Below are positions 17,492 through 25,198 of a stretch of DNA of 32,000 nucleotides, one piece after another. The translations under genes were made by a program, and so were the position numbers. Origin of the DNA: Patescibacteria group bacterium. GTDB lineage: Bacteria > Patescibacteriota > Patescibacteriia > 2-01-FULL-39-33. The notes under the pieces were generated by a model. The model was not told the origin of the DNA. It searched no databases and saw only the letters and a list, made by a program, of their open reading frames with translations. Numbering within the stretch: the first letter of the stretch is position 1; the number at the start of each line of letters is the position of its first letter. The stretch is from NCBI GenBank assembly GCA_041649575.1, contig JBAZMW010000001.1:180001-212000 (forward strand), given 5' to 3'.

Positions 17492-17542
17492 ATATTTAGA
17501 CAAATTTAATACCGGAGGGTCGCTTGCGCAACCTCCCGGTAT
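17492..17542 (-). repeat. 51-bp structured 3' element, copy 2 (downstream of 17569..18996 gene)
   Basis: Near-identical to 16981-17031; stem ATACCGG.../...CCGGTAT with TTGCGCAAGCGA loop on the minus strand. Confidence 0.8.
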
Positions 17543-17568
17543 GTTGATGTACGATCGCCTGACGGCGA

Positions 17569-18996
17569 TTAGTTGAGAGCGACTGCCTCCTGCCTGCCCT
17601 CGGTGCTCAGGACCACATGGTCCTCCTCGAGCCTTAGCACGGCGATGGCGGCGCTGCCCGCGCTCTCATAGGCGTGGTTCTCGTAGATCAGCCGCGGCTC
17701 CTGGCCCGGCACCATGACATAGAGCTCATAGCGTAGTTGCGGGTCGGCGATGCGGTGATCGATCTGCTCCTCGGCCACGAAGACCGCCAGGCCCAGTCGC
17801 GCGCTTATGATCCTGTGCCGTACCGACGGCGTGCGGTAGGACACTTGGCCGGGAGTCCCCATCGGCATCTGTATGACTACGCCGTACTTCTGATCCCCGT
17901 AGTCTTGGTACATCTTTGGCTTCAGGCGCCAAGATGCCATCTTTTGCGCCAGGATCTGGGCGATCGCCGCGTCCACCTCGCCCTCAAAGGCGGCCTGCTC
18001 GGTCTCGTTGAGCTTGGGCGGACTCGGAGTCGCTTCAGTCGGCTCGAAGACAAACTCGGCGATGCGGTTGCCGTACTCCTCGTTGACGAGTTCGACGGTG
18101 ATTTTCACCTGGCCGCCCCTTTCGTCAATTTGGATTTGCCCCAGGTCGTTGATGCACAAATCGTGCCGGTCGGCGCTACTGCTGTAGCGGTTGCGCCACT
18201 GCCATTCTTGCATCTGGTCTCGGCCGTGGTGGTAGATCACCACTTGATCGAAGTAGCCGATGCCGCCACTGCCACCCCACTCGCTTCGGGCTACCAGAAA
18301 CACGGCCGTGTCGGGATCGAGCACCCTGACCTTCCCGATACTGCACCGCTCCATCTTCATCAACTCCTCAATGAACAACCGGAGCCGTGCCGACACTTCT
18401 TGCCCGCCGAGTACCTCGGCCAATGCCTCCTCATGACTCAACCGCGAGTCATCCTCCAGCAATGCTTTGACGCTGGCGGCGGCTTCGGCCAGCTCTTCCC
18501 GCTTCTGCTGGATTTGGCTGGCAAACTCTTCGCCACCGAGAAGAGCCAGCGCTTGGTGTGCGTCGGAGTAGGATTGCCGCCCGATCTCGTAAGTTTCCCG
18601 CGGGAAGTTGTCGGGGGGGAGCTCTTGTACCAAACTCCTGATGCCCAACTCATCGGTCAGGGCCAGGAACTTTTCCGTGAGCTTTCTTTCACAGCAACCA
18701 CAACCATTCATGGTCGGGTCGATTGCACTGAAGGCCTCGGCGATCGCCAGCCGGACCAGGGGATCGGGCTGGGCATTGATGGCCTTGACGATCCGCCCCC
18801 GTTCCTCGGCCGGCAATTCGCGGAGGCGTTGCACATACTTCCCGCCGCGCTGGCCATCGGCCATGGTCACAGGGATGCCGGTGACCTGCTGGGCAACTTG
18901 TAGGCAGACAGACAATTCCAACTGCCGCAGTTGTCGGCCAATCTCTTCCTCCACTTTCCGCGCTTCTTTCAGCGCTCTTTCTCTTTCCTTGTTCAT
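17569..18996 (-). CDS. Hypothetical protein, GC-rich block (475 aa from likely start MNKERERALKEARK)
   Basis: ORF-track frame 17569..19098, but ATG at 18996 has a strong SD (GGAGGAG) and removes overlap with the upstream gene; glutamate/arginine-rich N-terminus, CGCC motif (NGCGCCERK); no family recognised. Confidence 0.8.
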   Translation of the reverse strand: MNKERERALKEARKVEEEIGRQLRQLELSVCLQVAQQVTGIPVTMADGQRGGKYVQRLRELPAEERGRIVKAINAQPDPLVRLAIAEAFSAIDPTMNGCGCCERKLTEKFLALTDELGIRSLVQELPPDNFPRETYEIGRQSYSDAHQALALLGGEEFASQIQQKREELAEAAASVKALLEDDSRLSHEEALAEVLGGQEVSARLRLFIEELMKMERCSIGKVRVLDPDTAVFLVARSEWGGSGGIGYFDQVVIYHHGRDQMQEWQWRNRYSSSADRHDLCINDLGQIQIDERGGQVKITVELVNEEYGNRIAEFVFEPTEATPSPPKLNETEQAAFEGEVDAAIAQILAQKMASWRLKPKMYQDYGDQKYGVVIQMPMGTPGQVSYRTPSVRHRIISARLGLAVFVAEEQIDHRIADPQLRYELYVMVPGQEPRLIYENHAYESAGSAAIAVLRLEEDHVVLSTEGRQEAVALN

Positions 18997-19018
18997 TGTT
19001 GTCTCCTCCGTTCGTCGC

Positions 19019-19315
19019 CTAGTGCGCGAACGCGTTGAGAAACTTTGCCAGCTCCCTCGGCTCTTTCTTGGAATGCCGAAGGAATCTGACGCACGCACCC
19101 ACTAACTCTGCTCCGAAATTCTCTTCCCGGCAGGCGATAGCGTACCACCTGGCTGCCAGCGCCTTTTTGCGTTTGCCGGTCCTGGCTAGGACCAGATTAT
19201 ACGCCTTGGAAGGACTGGTAGCAGACTCGGTGAGGTTGAGCAGTTCGGGTACGGCCCAAACCGCCTTGGCGCGTGCCAATAACTCGATCAGACGCTTGAC
19301 GTCTTTTGGTGTCAT
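19019..19315 (-). CDS. Hypothetical protein, GC-rich block (98 aa, MTPKDVKRLIELLARAKAVW...)
   Basis: ATG at 19315 preceded by AAAGGAG; ORF track extends to 19348 via an alternative start; no family recognised. Confidence 0.75.
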   Translation of the reverse strand: MTPKDVKRLIELLARAKAVWAVPELLNLTESATSPSKAYNLVLARTGKRKKALAARWYAIACREENFGAELVGACVRFLRHSKKEPRELAKFLNAFAH

Positions 19316-19346
19316 GGCTTGCTCCTTTCCTCTGTAAGGTGCTATC

Positions 19347-19363
19347 AAGCTGATTGCCAGCTT
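19347..19363 (-). promoter_or_regulatory. Short perfect hairpin in 5' leader of the GC-rich gene block
   Basis: AAGCTG-5 nt-CAGCTT between promoter and first start codon. Confidence 0.45.
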
Positions 19364-19371
19364 AACTAATA

Positions 19372-19400
19372 ATTATATCATATTATAACATAATTGTCAA
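19372..19400 (-). promoter_or_regulatory. Consensus sigma70 promoter (TTGACA-17-TATAAT) driving the GC-rich minus-strand block
   Basis: Reverse complement: TTGACA (19400-19395), 17-bp spacer, TATAAT (19377-19372). Confidence 0.85.
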
Positions 19401-19483
19401 TGGTATTTTGTTATTTTATTTAAATTTAGCCAAAAATAATAAGTATTTTTGCCAAAAGTAGCAATTTGAATTAAAATATAGTT

Positions 19484-20563
19484 ATGAATTTTTGGAAAAA
19501 AATAAAAAAGCCCTGCCTATCCGGCAGGCAGGCGATTTTGGCTCTAGCCCCAATGGCTGGGGTTTCTGATTCGGCTTTTCGACAGGTCTGCAGAGAGTAT
19601 GGCGCCGATGTAGTCTATACCGAAATGGTATCGGCCGACGGCCTTTTTTATGATTCCAAAAAAACTTTGGAATTTTTAAAATTCAATAAAAAAGAACATC
19701 CGGTGGTAATTCAGCTGTTTGGCAAACAGTCTGAAAGATTCACTAAGGCCGCGCAAATTTGCGAGCAAGCCGGCTTTGACGGTATTGATATTAATTTTGG
19801 TTGTCCGGCCAAAAAAGTTGCTGGCCATGGCGGCGGAGTGACGCTGATGCGCGATTTGCCAAAGTGTCGAGAAATCATTGAGGCGGTTTTGGCTGGCACC
19901 AAGTTGCCGGTATCGGTGAAGTTGAGATCTAGTATTAATGTCAGGGGTTTGCCATGGCAAACCCCTGCATGCGGCAACCTGGTGACAGCTTTGGATTTTA
20001 TAAAATTTATGAAAGATTTGCCGCTCTCGGCAGTGATGATTCATGGCCGGCCATACGAAAACCCTTTCAATGCCGAAATAGATTATGAGATGATTAAGAA
20101 ATGCGTTGAATTTATAAAAAATAATTATTATTTAATGACACGGGATTGCCACCTGTCTCGCCGAGCCAAGGCGGACGCTCCGCTCGCAATGACAGCGCCA
20201 ATAGTTTTGGGTAATGGCGGTATTAAGACACCAGAAGATGCAAAAAGAATGTTGGAACAAACCGGCGCCGATGGTGTTGGGCTGGCTCGCGGGCTTTATG
20301 GCCGGCCGTGGCTGTTTCGGCAAATTAAAGACTATTTAAAGAAAGGAAAATACAGTAATCTAAAACTAGAAGAGATAAAAAAAATTATTTTAGAGCATGC
20401 TAAATTGGCTTTTGAAAACAAGGATAAACACGGCATAGTGGAATTAAGGAAGCATTTGGCTTGGTATATTACTGGCCAGCCTGGCGCCAGAGAGTTAAGG
20501 GCTAAGTTGGTACGGGTGGAAGATGTAAAAGAAATAAAAGCGATTTTAAAGTATTTAAAATAA
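19484..20563 (+). CDS. dus: tRNA-dihydrouridine synthase family protein with three apparent in-frame repeat insertions
   Basis: 359 aa; LAPMAGVSDSAFRQVCREYGADVVYTEMVSADGL, GFDGIDINFGCPAKKVAGHGGGVTLM, VSVKLRSS, VMIHGRPYENPF, LGNGGIKTPEDAKRMLEQTGADGVGLARGLYGRPWLF. Confidence 0.95.
   Translation: MNFWKKIKKPCLSGRQAILALAPMAGVSDSAFRQVCREYGADVVYTEMVSADGLFYDSKKTLEFLKFNKKEHPVVIQLFGKQSERFTKAAQICEQAGFDGIDINFGCPAKKVAGHGGGVTLMRDLPKCREIIEAVLAGTKLPVSVKLRSSINVRGLPWQTPACGNLVTALDFIKFMKDLPLSAVMIHGRPYENPFNAEIDYEMIKKCVEFIKNNYYLMTRDCHLSRRAKADAPLAMTAPIVLGNGGIKTPEDAKRMLEQTGADGVGLARGLYGRPWLFRQIKDYLKKGKYSNLKLEEIKKIILEHAKLAFENKDKHGIVELRKHLAWYITGQPGARELRAKLVRVEDVKEIKAILKYLK
19513..19534 (+). repeat. Short inverted-repeat element inside dus (element type 1)
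   Basis: CCTGCCTATCCGGCAGGCAGGC, hairpin CCTGCC-TATCC-GGCAGG; encodes CLSGRQA between KKP and ILALAPMAG. Confidence 0.75.
19943..19966 (+). repeat. 24-bp perfect palindrome inside dus (element type 2)
   Basis: AGGGGTTTGCCATGGCAAACCCCT; encodes RGLPWQTP. Confidence 0.9.
20139..20193 (+). repeat. 55-bp interspersed element inside dus (same family as 16598-16639, opposite orientation)
   Basis: CACGGGATTGCCACCTGTCTCGCCGAGCCAAGGCGGACGCTCCGCTCGCAATGAC; encodes DCHLSRRAKADAPLAMT-like peptide; AATGACA on both sides (20134-20140 and 20189-20195). Confidence 0.85.
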
Positions 20564-20621
20564 TTTATTTTATTAATCTAAAAATACCGGCCGTTAAGAC
20601 CGGTATTTTTAAAGGAAATTA

Positions 20622-21563
20622 TTACAACAATTTTTTTTTCTTGAAGATAAATAACAGGAAAAGGACGGTTAGGAGCATCAGAATGATAACCCCCCAAAAG
20701 CCGGCTTGATTATCAAGAAAGGGCATGCCAATGACAGTATTCATGCCGAAGATGCCGGAGATTAAAGACAAGGGGAGAATTAAAACCGAGAAGACGGTCA
20801 AAGTTCTCATAATATCGTTAAGCTTGAAATAAACCAAAGAGCCGTTGGTGTCCTCCAAGGCCTCGATCATTTCTTTGTGGCTGTTAAGCAAATCCCAAAT
20901 ATTTTTGGTGTGTTCAATCAGGTTATTATAATAGGCCTTTTGTTTGTTGACAGGAAAATACTCAACTCCTTCGTGGATGATTTTCTGAATGACATTTTTG
21001 TGGTTTTCCATGATTTTGCGGAAATTCAAAATATTTCTTTTGATGTTTAGGATTTCGGTGACCATGCGCCGTTCGTGCCCGGCGAAGATGTTTTTTTCGA
21101 TGTTTTTGACATCCAAACTGATATGGTCGAGGATGGGATAGCAGTATTCTTGCAAGCGGACAATGATTTCGTAAAGCAAGGCGGCGTTGTTGCCGGTCAG
21201 GTATTGGCGGCAATAAAACTCGTCGCTGGAACAAAGATTGAAGATTTCGGTCAGCGGCGGCAGGTTGTTTTTGTGTACGGTGATAACAAAATCTCGGCCG
21301 ATGAAAAAATCAACTTCTTCCGGCTCGATGGAGCGGCTCTTGCTGTTGTAGAAAGGAAATTGCAGAATTAGGAAGCAGTAATTTTGGCGTTGGTAAAATT
21401 TGGGCCGCTGGGCATATTGCGAGGCGAAAGAATCCTTTAAATCCAATTCGTTAAACTTGTATTTTCTTCTTAGATATTCGATTTCTTTTTTTTGGGCGCT
21501 AATGATATTAATCCAGGCAAGATTGCCGGTCGGGGATTTTAGGGTGGTGATATTTTTGTTCAT
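20622..21563 (-). CDS. corA: CorA-like Mg2+/Co2+ transporter
   Basis: 313 aa; two C-terminal TMs preceded by GMN motif (SGIFGMNTVIGMPFLDNQAGFWGVI). Confidence 0.93.
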   Translation of the reverse strand: MNKNITTLKSPTGNLAWINIISAQKKEIEYLRRKYKFNELDLKDSFASQYAQRPKFYQRQNYCFLILQFPFYNSKSRSIEPEEVDFFIGRDFVITVHKNNLPPLTEIFNLCSSDEFYCRQYLTGNNAALLYEIIVRLQEYCYPILDHISLDVKNIEKNIFAGHERRMVTEILNIKRNILNFRKIMENHKNVIQKIIHEGVEYFPVNKQKAYYNNLIEHTKNIWDLLNSHKEMIEALEDTNGSLVYFKLNDIMRTLTVFSVLILPLSLISGIFGMNTVIGMPFLDNQAGFWGVIILMLLTVLFLLFIFKKKKLL

Positions 21564-21655
21564 TTGAAGCCAGGTTAGTAATTACCTTTTTATTATAGCA
21601 TAAAAATATTGTTTTGTGCTATAATAAAAATGAAATAATTACTCCGTCAAACCAA

Positions 21656-22183
21656 ATGGTTGATTCGCAAAAAATGAAAAAAGTGGAGCAAGAACCCTTG
21701 GGTACGGCCGATTTCAAGCCGGAGGCTTTCAGGCTGCCCCAAAAAGAAAAAGCTCCTTTGCCGGTGCCAGAGAAACCGCAACTGGAGTCCGGGGACAATC
21801 TGGAATCCTCCAGGCTGTCCAACCAGTCGGAGATGGTGCAGGCGGGGGAATTGATTCAGCGCCATGCTCTGCCGCCAACCGCCAGCCTTTACGAAGAAGA
21901 CTACCGGCGCATCGAGAAGGTGCTGGAGGAGAATTTGAGTGATTTTTATTTTCGTCTCTCGCCCTTGGAACAACAGAAGTTCAAGCAAAAAGGCGAGGAG
22001 ACAACGGTGGCAATTTTAAGGATTATTTCCAAGCCTAGATTCAAAATAAGAAGAATAGTGGAGCTGATAAAAAATTGGCTGAAGCTGTTGCCGGGAATCA
22101 ACCGTTTTTTTCTGGAGCAAACAGCCAAGATTAAAGCCGATAAAATCATAGTGGAAGTCACCAGAAAAAGACCATATTTTTGA
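21656..22183 (+). CDS. Hypothetical protein upstream of the VirD4/TraG-like gene
   Basis: Frame 21614..22183 in track; first ATG in frame at 21656; adjacent to downstream CDS. Confidence 0.7.
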   Translation: MVDSQKMKKVEQEPLGTADFKPEAFRLPQKEKAPLPVPEKPQLESGDNLESSRLSNQSEMVQAGELIQRHALPPTASLYEEDYRRIEKVLEENLSDFYFRLSPLEQQKFKQKGEETTVAILRIISKPRFKIRRIVELIKNWLKLLPGINRFFLEQTAKIKADKIIVEVTRKRPYF

Positions 22184-22185
22184 TT

Positions 22186-24747
22186 ATGGATCTGACTCTT
22201 AATCAAACAACCGCGGTATTGCCGGAGCTGGTAAACCAAATTGCTTTTTGGCTGGTTTTTGGCTTGGCCCTAGCGCTGGCGGTGGTTTTAATTTTGTTGA
22301 CTTTGAGAAAGATTTTGCGTTCTTATAAAATTTATGCGGCGGTTTTTGAAAATAAAATTTTTCGGCTGACGCTGCCCAAAAGAACAATCGAAAAAGAAGA
22401 AGAACGCAAAACTGTCAAAGAAATGCTCTCCGGCGTGGAAAATCTCTATGCCAATTTGGGAGGACTAAGGGCGTCGCGCGGTTTCAAGACCTGGCTGTTC
22501 GGCCGCTATGATCATTGGGCGCTGGAGATCGTGGTGGGCGAGGACCAGCTGATCACTTTTTATCTGGCGGTGCCCAAATATTTGGAAGATTATTTAAAAC
22601 AGCAGTTTTTGTCGCAGTATCCGTATTGTCAAATTGAAGAAGTTGAAGATTACAATATTTTCAAGCCCCAAGGCTATGTGGCGGTTGGCCACTTAAAGAC
22701 GATAAAAAACAAAATGTTTCCCATTCTGACCTATAAACAGATGGAGATCGATCCTTTGGTGGCGGTTTTGAGCTCGCTGGCCAAGCTGCCACCGGGGCAG
22801 ACGGCCGCTATCCAGCTGGTGATGCGTTCGGCCAGAGGCGAATGGCGCAACCAGGGAATCAAAGTCGCTTCCCAAATGCAGCAGGGCAAAAATTTAAAAC
22901 AAGCCCTGGGCGCGGTCAGTTCCAAAGGAGTTTCCGGCGCTCTAGGCAAGCCGGCAGACTGGTTTTATGCCGCCGGCACCGGCAAAAACAAGTCGCAACA
23001 ACTTAACAAGCAACCGGAGCTATATCGCTTGTCGCCGATGGAAGAGCAAGTGGTCAAATCTCTGGAAGAAAAGGCTTCCAAGGCCGGGTTGGACGTCAAT
23101 ATCAGAATCGTGGCCTTTGCTCCGCTGGAAAATCAGGCCAAAGAGATTTTGCGGCGGATTTGCAACTCTTTCGCCCAGTATTCCAGCTACGAATATGCCA
23201 ATGGCTTTAAGGCCGTAATCAAGGGTACGGGCAGAAAATTGATCGGCGATTTCATTTACCGTCATTTTGACGAAAGCATCAACATGATTTTAAATACCGA
23301 GGAACTGACTTCTTTGTGGCACTTGCCGCTACCCAATACCGAAGTGCCCAATATTCTTTGGCTCCAGGCCAGAAAGCTGCCGCCGCCGGTCAATATGCCG
23401 CCAGAGGGAATAATTTTGGGAGAAAATGTTTACCGCGGCCAGCAGACAATCGTTAGAATGAAAGACGCGGATCGCCGGCGCCATATGTATATTATTGGTA
23501 TGACCGGCACCGGCAAATCGACAACCATGGCCACCATGGCCATTCAGGATATCAGAGCCGGCAAGGGCGTCTGTGTCATTGATCCGCACGGCAGCCTGAT
23601 GGAAGAAATTATTCCCCATATTCCCGAAGAAAGGTTTGAAGACGTGATTATTTTTGATCCCGCCGACGTCGAGCGGCCGCTGGGGCTTAATATGCTGGAG
23701 GCCAAGAGCTCCTACGAAATGGACACGGCGGCTCAAGAAATGATCACTATTTTTTATAAATTATTGCCGGATCCGGCCATGGCTGGCCCGATGTTTGAGC
23801 ATTATATGAGAAACGCGCTTTTGGCGTTGATGGCCGATCAGGATGATCCTGGCACCTTGGTGGAACTGGCCAGAATTTTTACCGACGAGCCGTTCCGCAA
23901 AAAGAAATTGGAGCATGTCAAGGATATTTTAGTCAAGGATTTTTGGGAAAGAGAATACACGGCCTCGCAAAAGGGATCGACCGGCGCCGACATGCTTTCT
24001 TATGTCATTTCCAAAACCGGCCGTTTTGTGGAAAACGAGCTGATGAGAAATATCATTGGTCAGTCGAAATCAGGCATCAACTTTCGCGAGGCGATGGACC
24101 GGCAAAAAATACTGCTGATGAATTTATCCAAAGGAAAAATCGGCGACACCAATAGTAATCTATTGGGGCTGATCGCCGTTTCCAAACTGCAAATGGCGGC
24201 TTTAGCCAGAGCCGACATGCCTGAGAGCCAGCGTAAAGATTTTTATCTGTATATCGATGAGTTTCAGAATTTCATTACCGACAGCATTTCTGTAATTTTA
24301 TCGGAGGCCAGAAAATACAAACTCAATTTGGTGATGGCTCACCAGTACATCGCCCAATTAGTGCAGAACAACGATACGCGGGTTAAGGACGCGGTTTTTG
24401 GCAATGTGGGTACGATAGTCTGCTACCGCATCGGCGTGGACGACTCCGAGGTGATGGCCAAACAACTGGCTCCGCAAGTCAATGAGTTTGACGTGATGAA
24501 TATTGAAAAATACCATGCCTATGTCAGGCTGTTGATAGATAACACCGCCTCGGAAACTTTCAATATGCTGGCTTATCCGCCAGACAAAGTGGCGGCCAGC
24601 TCGGCGGATCCGGAAATCGTCAAGCCGCTGAAAGAGCTGTCCCGGCTGAAATACGGCCGTGACCGCAACTTGGTGATAAGAGAAATAATAGAGCGGTCGA
24701 AAATCGGGCAGCTGGGCGTCAAGCCGCCTAGCCCGCTTGGCAAATAA
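22186..24747 (+). CDS. Type IV secretion/conjugation-like ATPase (VirD4/TraG/HerA-like, DUF87 style) with N-terminal TM
   Basis: MYIIGMTGTGKSTTMATMAIQDI (Walker A), GVCVIDPHGSL, FYLYIDEFQNFITDSISVILSEARKYKLNLVMAHQYIAQL. Confidence 0.88.
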   Translation: MDLTLNQTTAVLPELVNQIAFWLVFGLALALAVVLILLTLRKILRSYKIYAAVFENKIFRLTLPKRTIEKEEERKTVKEMLSGVENLYANLGGLRASRGFKTWLFGRYDHWALEIVVGEDQLITFYLAVPKYLEDYLKQQFLSQYPYCQIEEVEDYNIFKPQGYVAVGHLKTIKNKMFPILTYKQMEIDPLVAVLSSLAKLPPGQTAAIQLVMRSARGEWRNQGIKVASQMQQGKNLKQALGAVSSKGVSGALGKPADWFYAAGTGKNKSQQLNKQPELYRLSPMEEQVVKSLEEKASKAGLDVNIRIVAFAPLENQAKEILRRICNSFAQYSSYEYANGFKAVIKGTGRKLIGDFIYRHFDESINMILNTEELTSLWHLPLPNTEVPNILWLQARKLPPPVNMPPEGIILGENVYRGQQTIVRMKDADRRRHMYIIGMTGTGKSTTMATMAIQDIRAGKGVCVIDPHGSLMEEIIPHIPEERFEDVIIFDPADVERPLGLNMLEAKSSYEMDTAAQEMITIFYKLLPDPAMAGPMFEHYMRNALLALMADQDDPGTLVELARIFTDEPFRKKKLEHVKDILVKDFWEREYTASQKGSTGADMLSYVISKTGRFVENELMRNIIGQSKSGINFREAMDRQKILLMNLSKGKIGDTNSNLLGLIAVSKLQMAALARADMPESQRKDFYLYIDEFQNFITDSISVILSEARKYKLNLVMAHQYIAQLVQNNDTRVKDAVFGNVGTIVCYRIGVDDSEVMAKQLAPQVNEFDVMNIEKYHAYVRLLIDNTASETFNMLAYPPDKVAASSADPEIVKPLKELSRLKYGRDRNLVIREIIERSKIGQLGVKPPSPLGK

Positions 24748-24809
24748 ATTAAATTGTGATATATCAAATATTGCTAGGGAGCGTCTAACTTGGGAAGGAG
24801 GAAACACCA

Positions 24810-25086
24810 TGATTACGACCGTGACCCTGACAAAGCCTTTACAGGTGGCGGATTTTTCCGGCAGTGACTGGAAGTTTCGGACTCTGCCACAAGGAGAGTA
24901 CCAGGTGGAGGATGTGGCCAATCCCTTGGGTCTGGCAGGCGAAGACGATCATTGGCTGGTGCTGGCAGGCACCCAGGAAGGCATGAGAGAAAGCGTCTGG
25001 CGACGGCACTGCTGCAGGGGGCAGAAGCGGAGCTGGCTAAAGACTTTGCCAGAGCCGTGTCCGGCGTAGGACTCGTGGAGGACTAG
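24810..25086 (+). CDS. Small hypothetical protein, apparently frameshifted near 24987-25010
   Basis: SD GGAAGGAGG plus ATG at 24810 (MITTVTLTKPLQVADFSGSDWKFRTLPQGEYQVEDVANPLGLAGEDDHWLVLAGTQEG...); frame 0 ends at 25069, but a second frame reads HERKRLATALLQGAEAELAKDFARAVSGVGLVED* to 25086. Confidence 0.55.
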
Positions 25087-25098
25087 TATTAGAGACGG

Positions 25099-25136
25099 CC
25101 GTTTAACCGAGGCAACCGGTTAGACGGCTCGATTTT
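25099..25136 (+). terminator. Putative intrinsic terminator after small hypothetical gene
   Basis: CCGTTTAACCG-AGGCAAC-CGGTTAGACGG then CTCGATTTTT. Confidence 0.65.
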
Positions 25137-25198
25137 TATCTAAGTTGCCGAAAACCAAGCCTTGGCCTATAATTAAAGAAAAGAAAACACGGGTTTTT

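Noticed and set aside
16981-17542. Possible integron gene cassettes with attC sites
   Set aside because: The repeats follow genes like attC sites, but I see no paired RYYYAAC/GTTRRRY core sites, and no integrase in the window.
17737-18903. 388-aa plus-strand ORF inside the GC-rich block
   Set aside because: Antisense to the 17569..18996 gene; Arg/His/Leu-rich with almost no Lys, no convincing SD, typical GC-rich shadow ORF. The minus frame has a strong SD and promoter.
17569-19098. ORF-track start at 19098 for the large GC-rich gene
   Set aside because: The extension (MRASDSFGIPRKSRGSWQSF...) overlaps the upstream gene; ATG 18996 with GGAGGAG SD fits better.
18608-19105. 165-aa plus-strand ORF
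   Set aside because: Low-complexity Ser/Arg/Pro-rich antisense shadow of the minus-strand CDS.
20132-20323. 63-aa minus ORF ending [20 protein letters not shown]
   Set aside because: Not a gene; it is the reverse reading of the interspersed repeat inside dus (useful as a marker of the repeat family).
22186-24747. Evidence for an integrated conjugative element
   Set aside because: The VirD4/TraG-like ATPase stands among housekeeping genes with no relaxase, mating-pore genes, integrase or att repeats in the window.
24737-25069. ORF-track start at 24737 for the small hypothetical gene
   Set aside because: It overlaps the end of the ATPase gene and uses a non-ATG start; the ATG at 24810 has an excellent SD.
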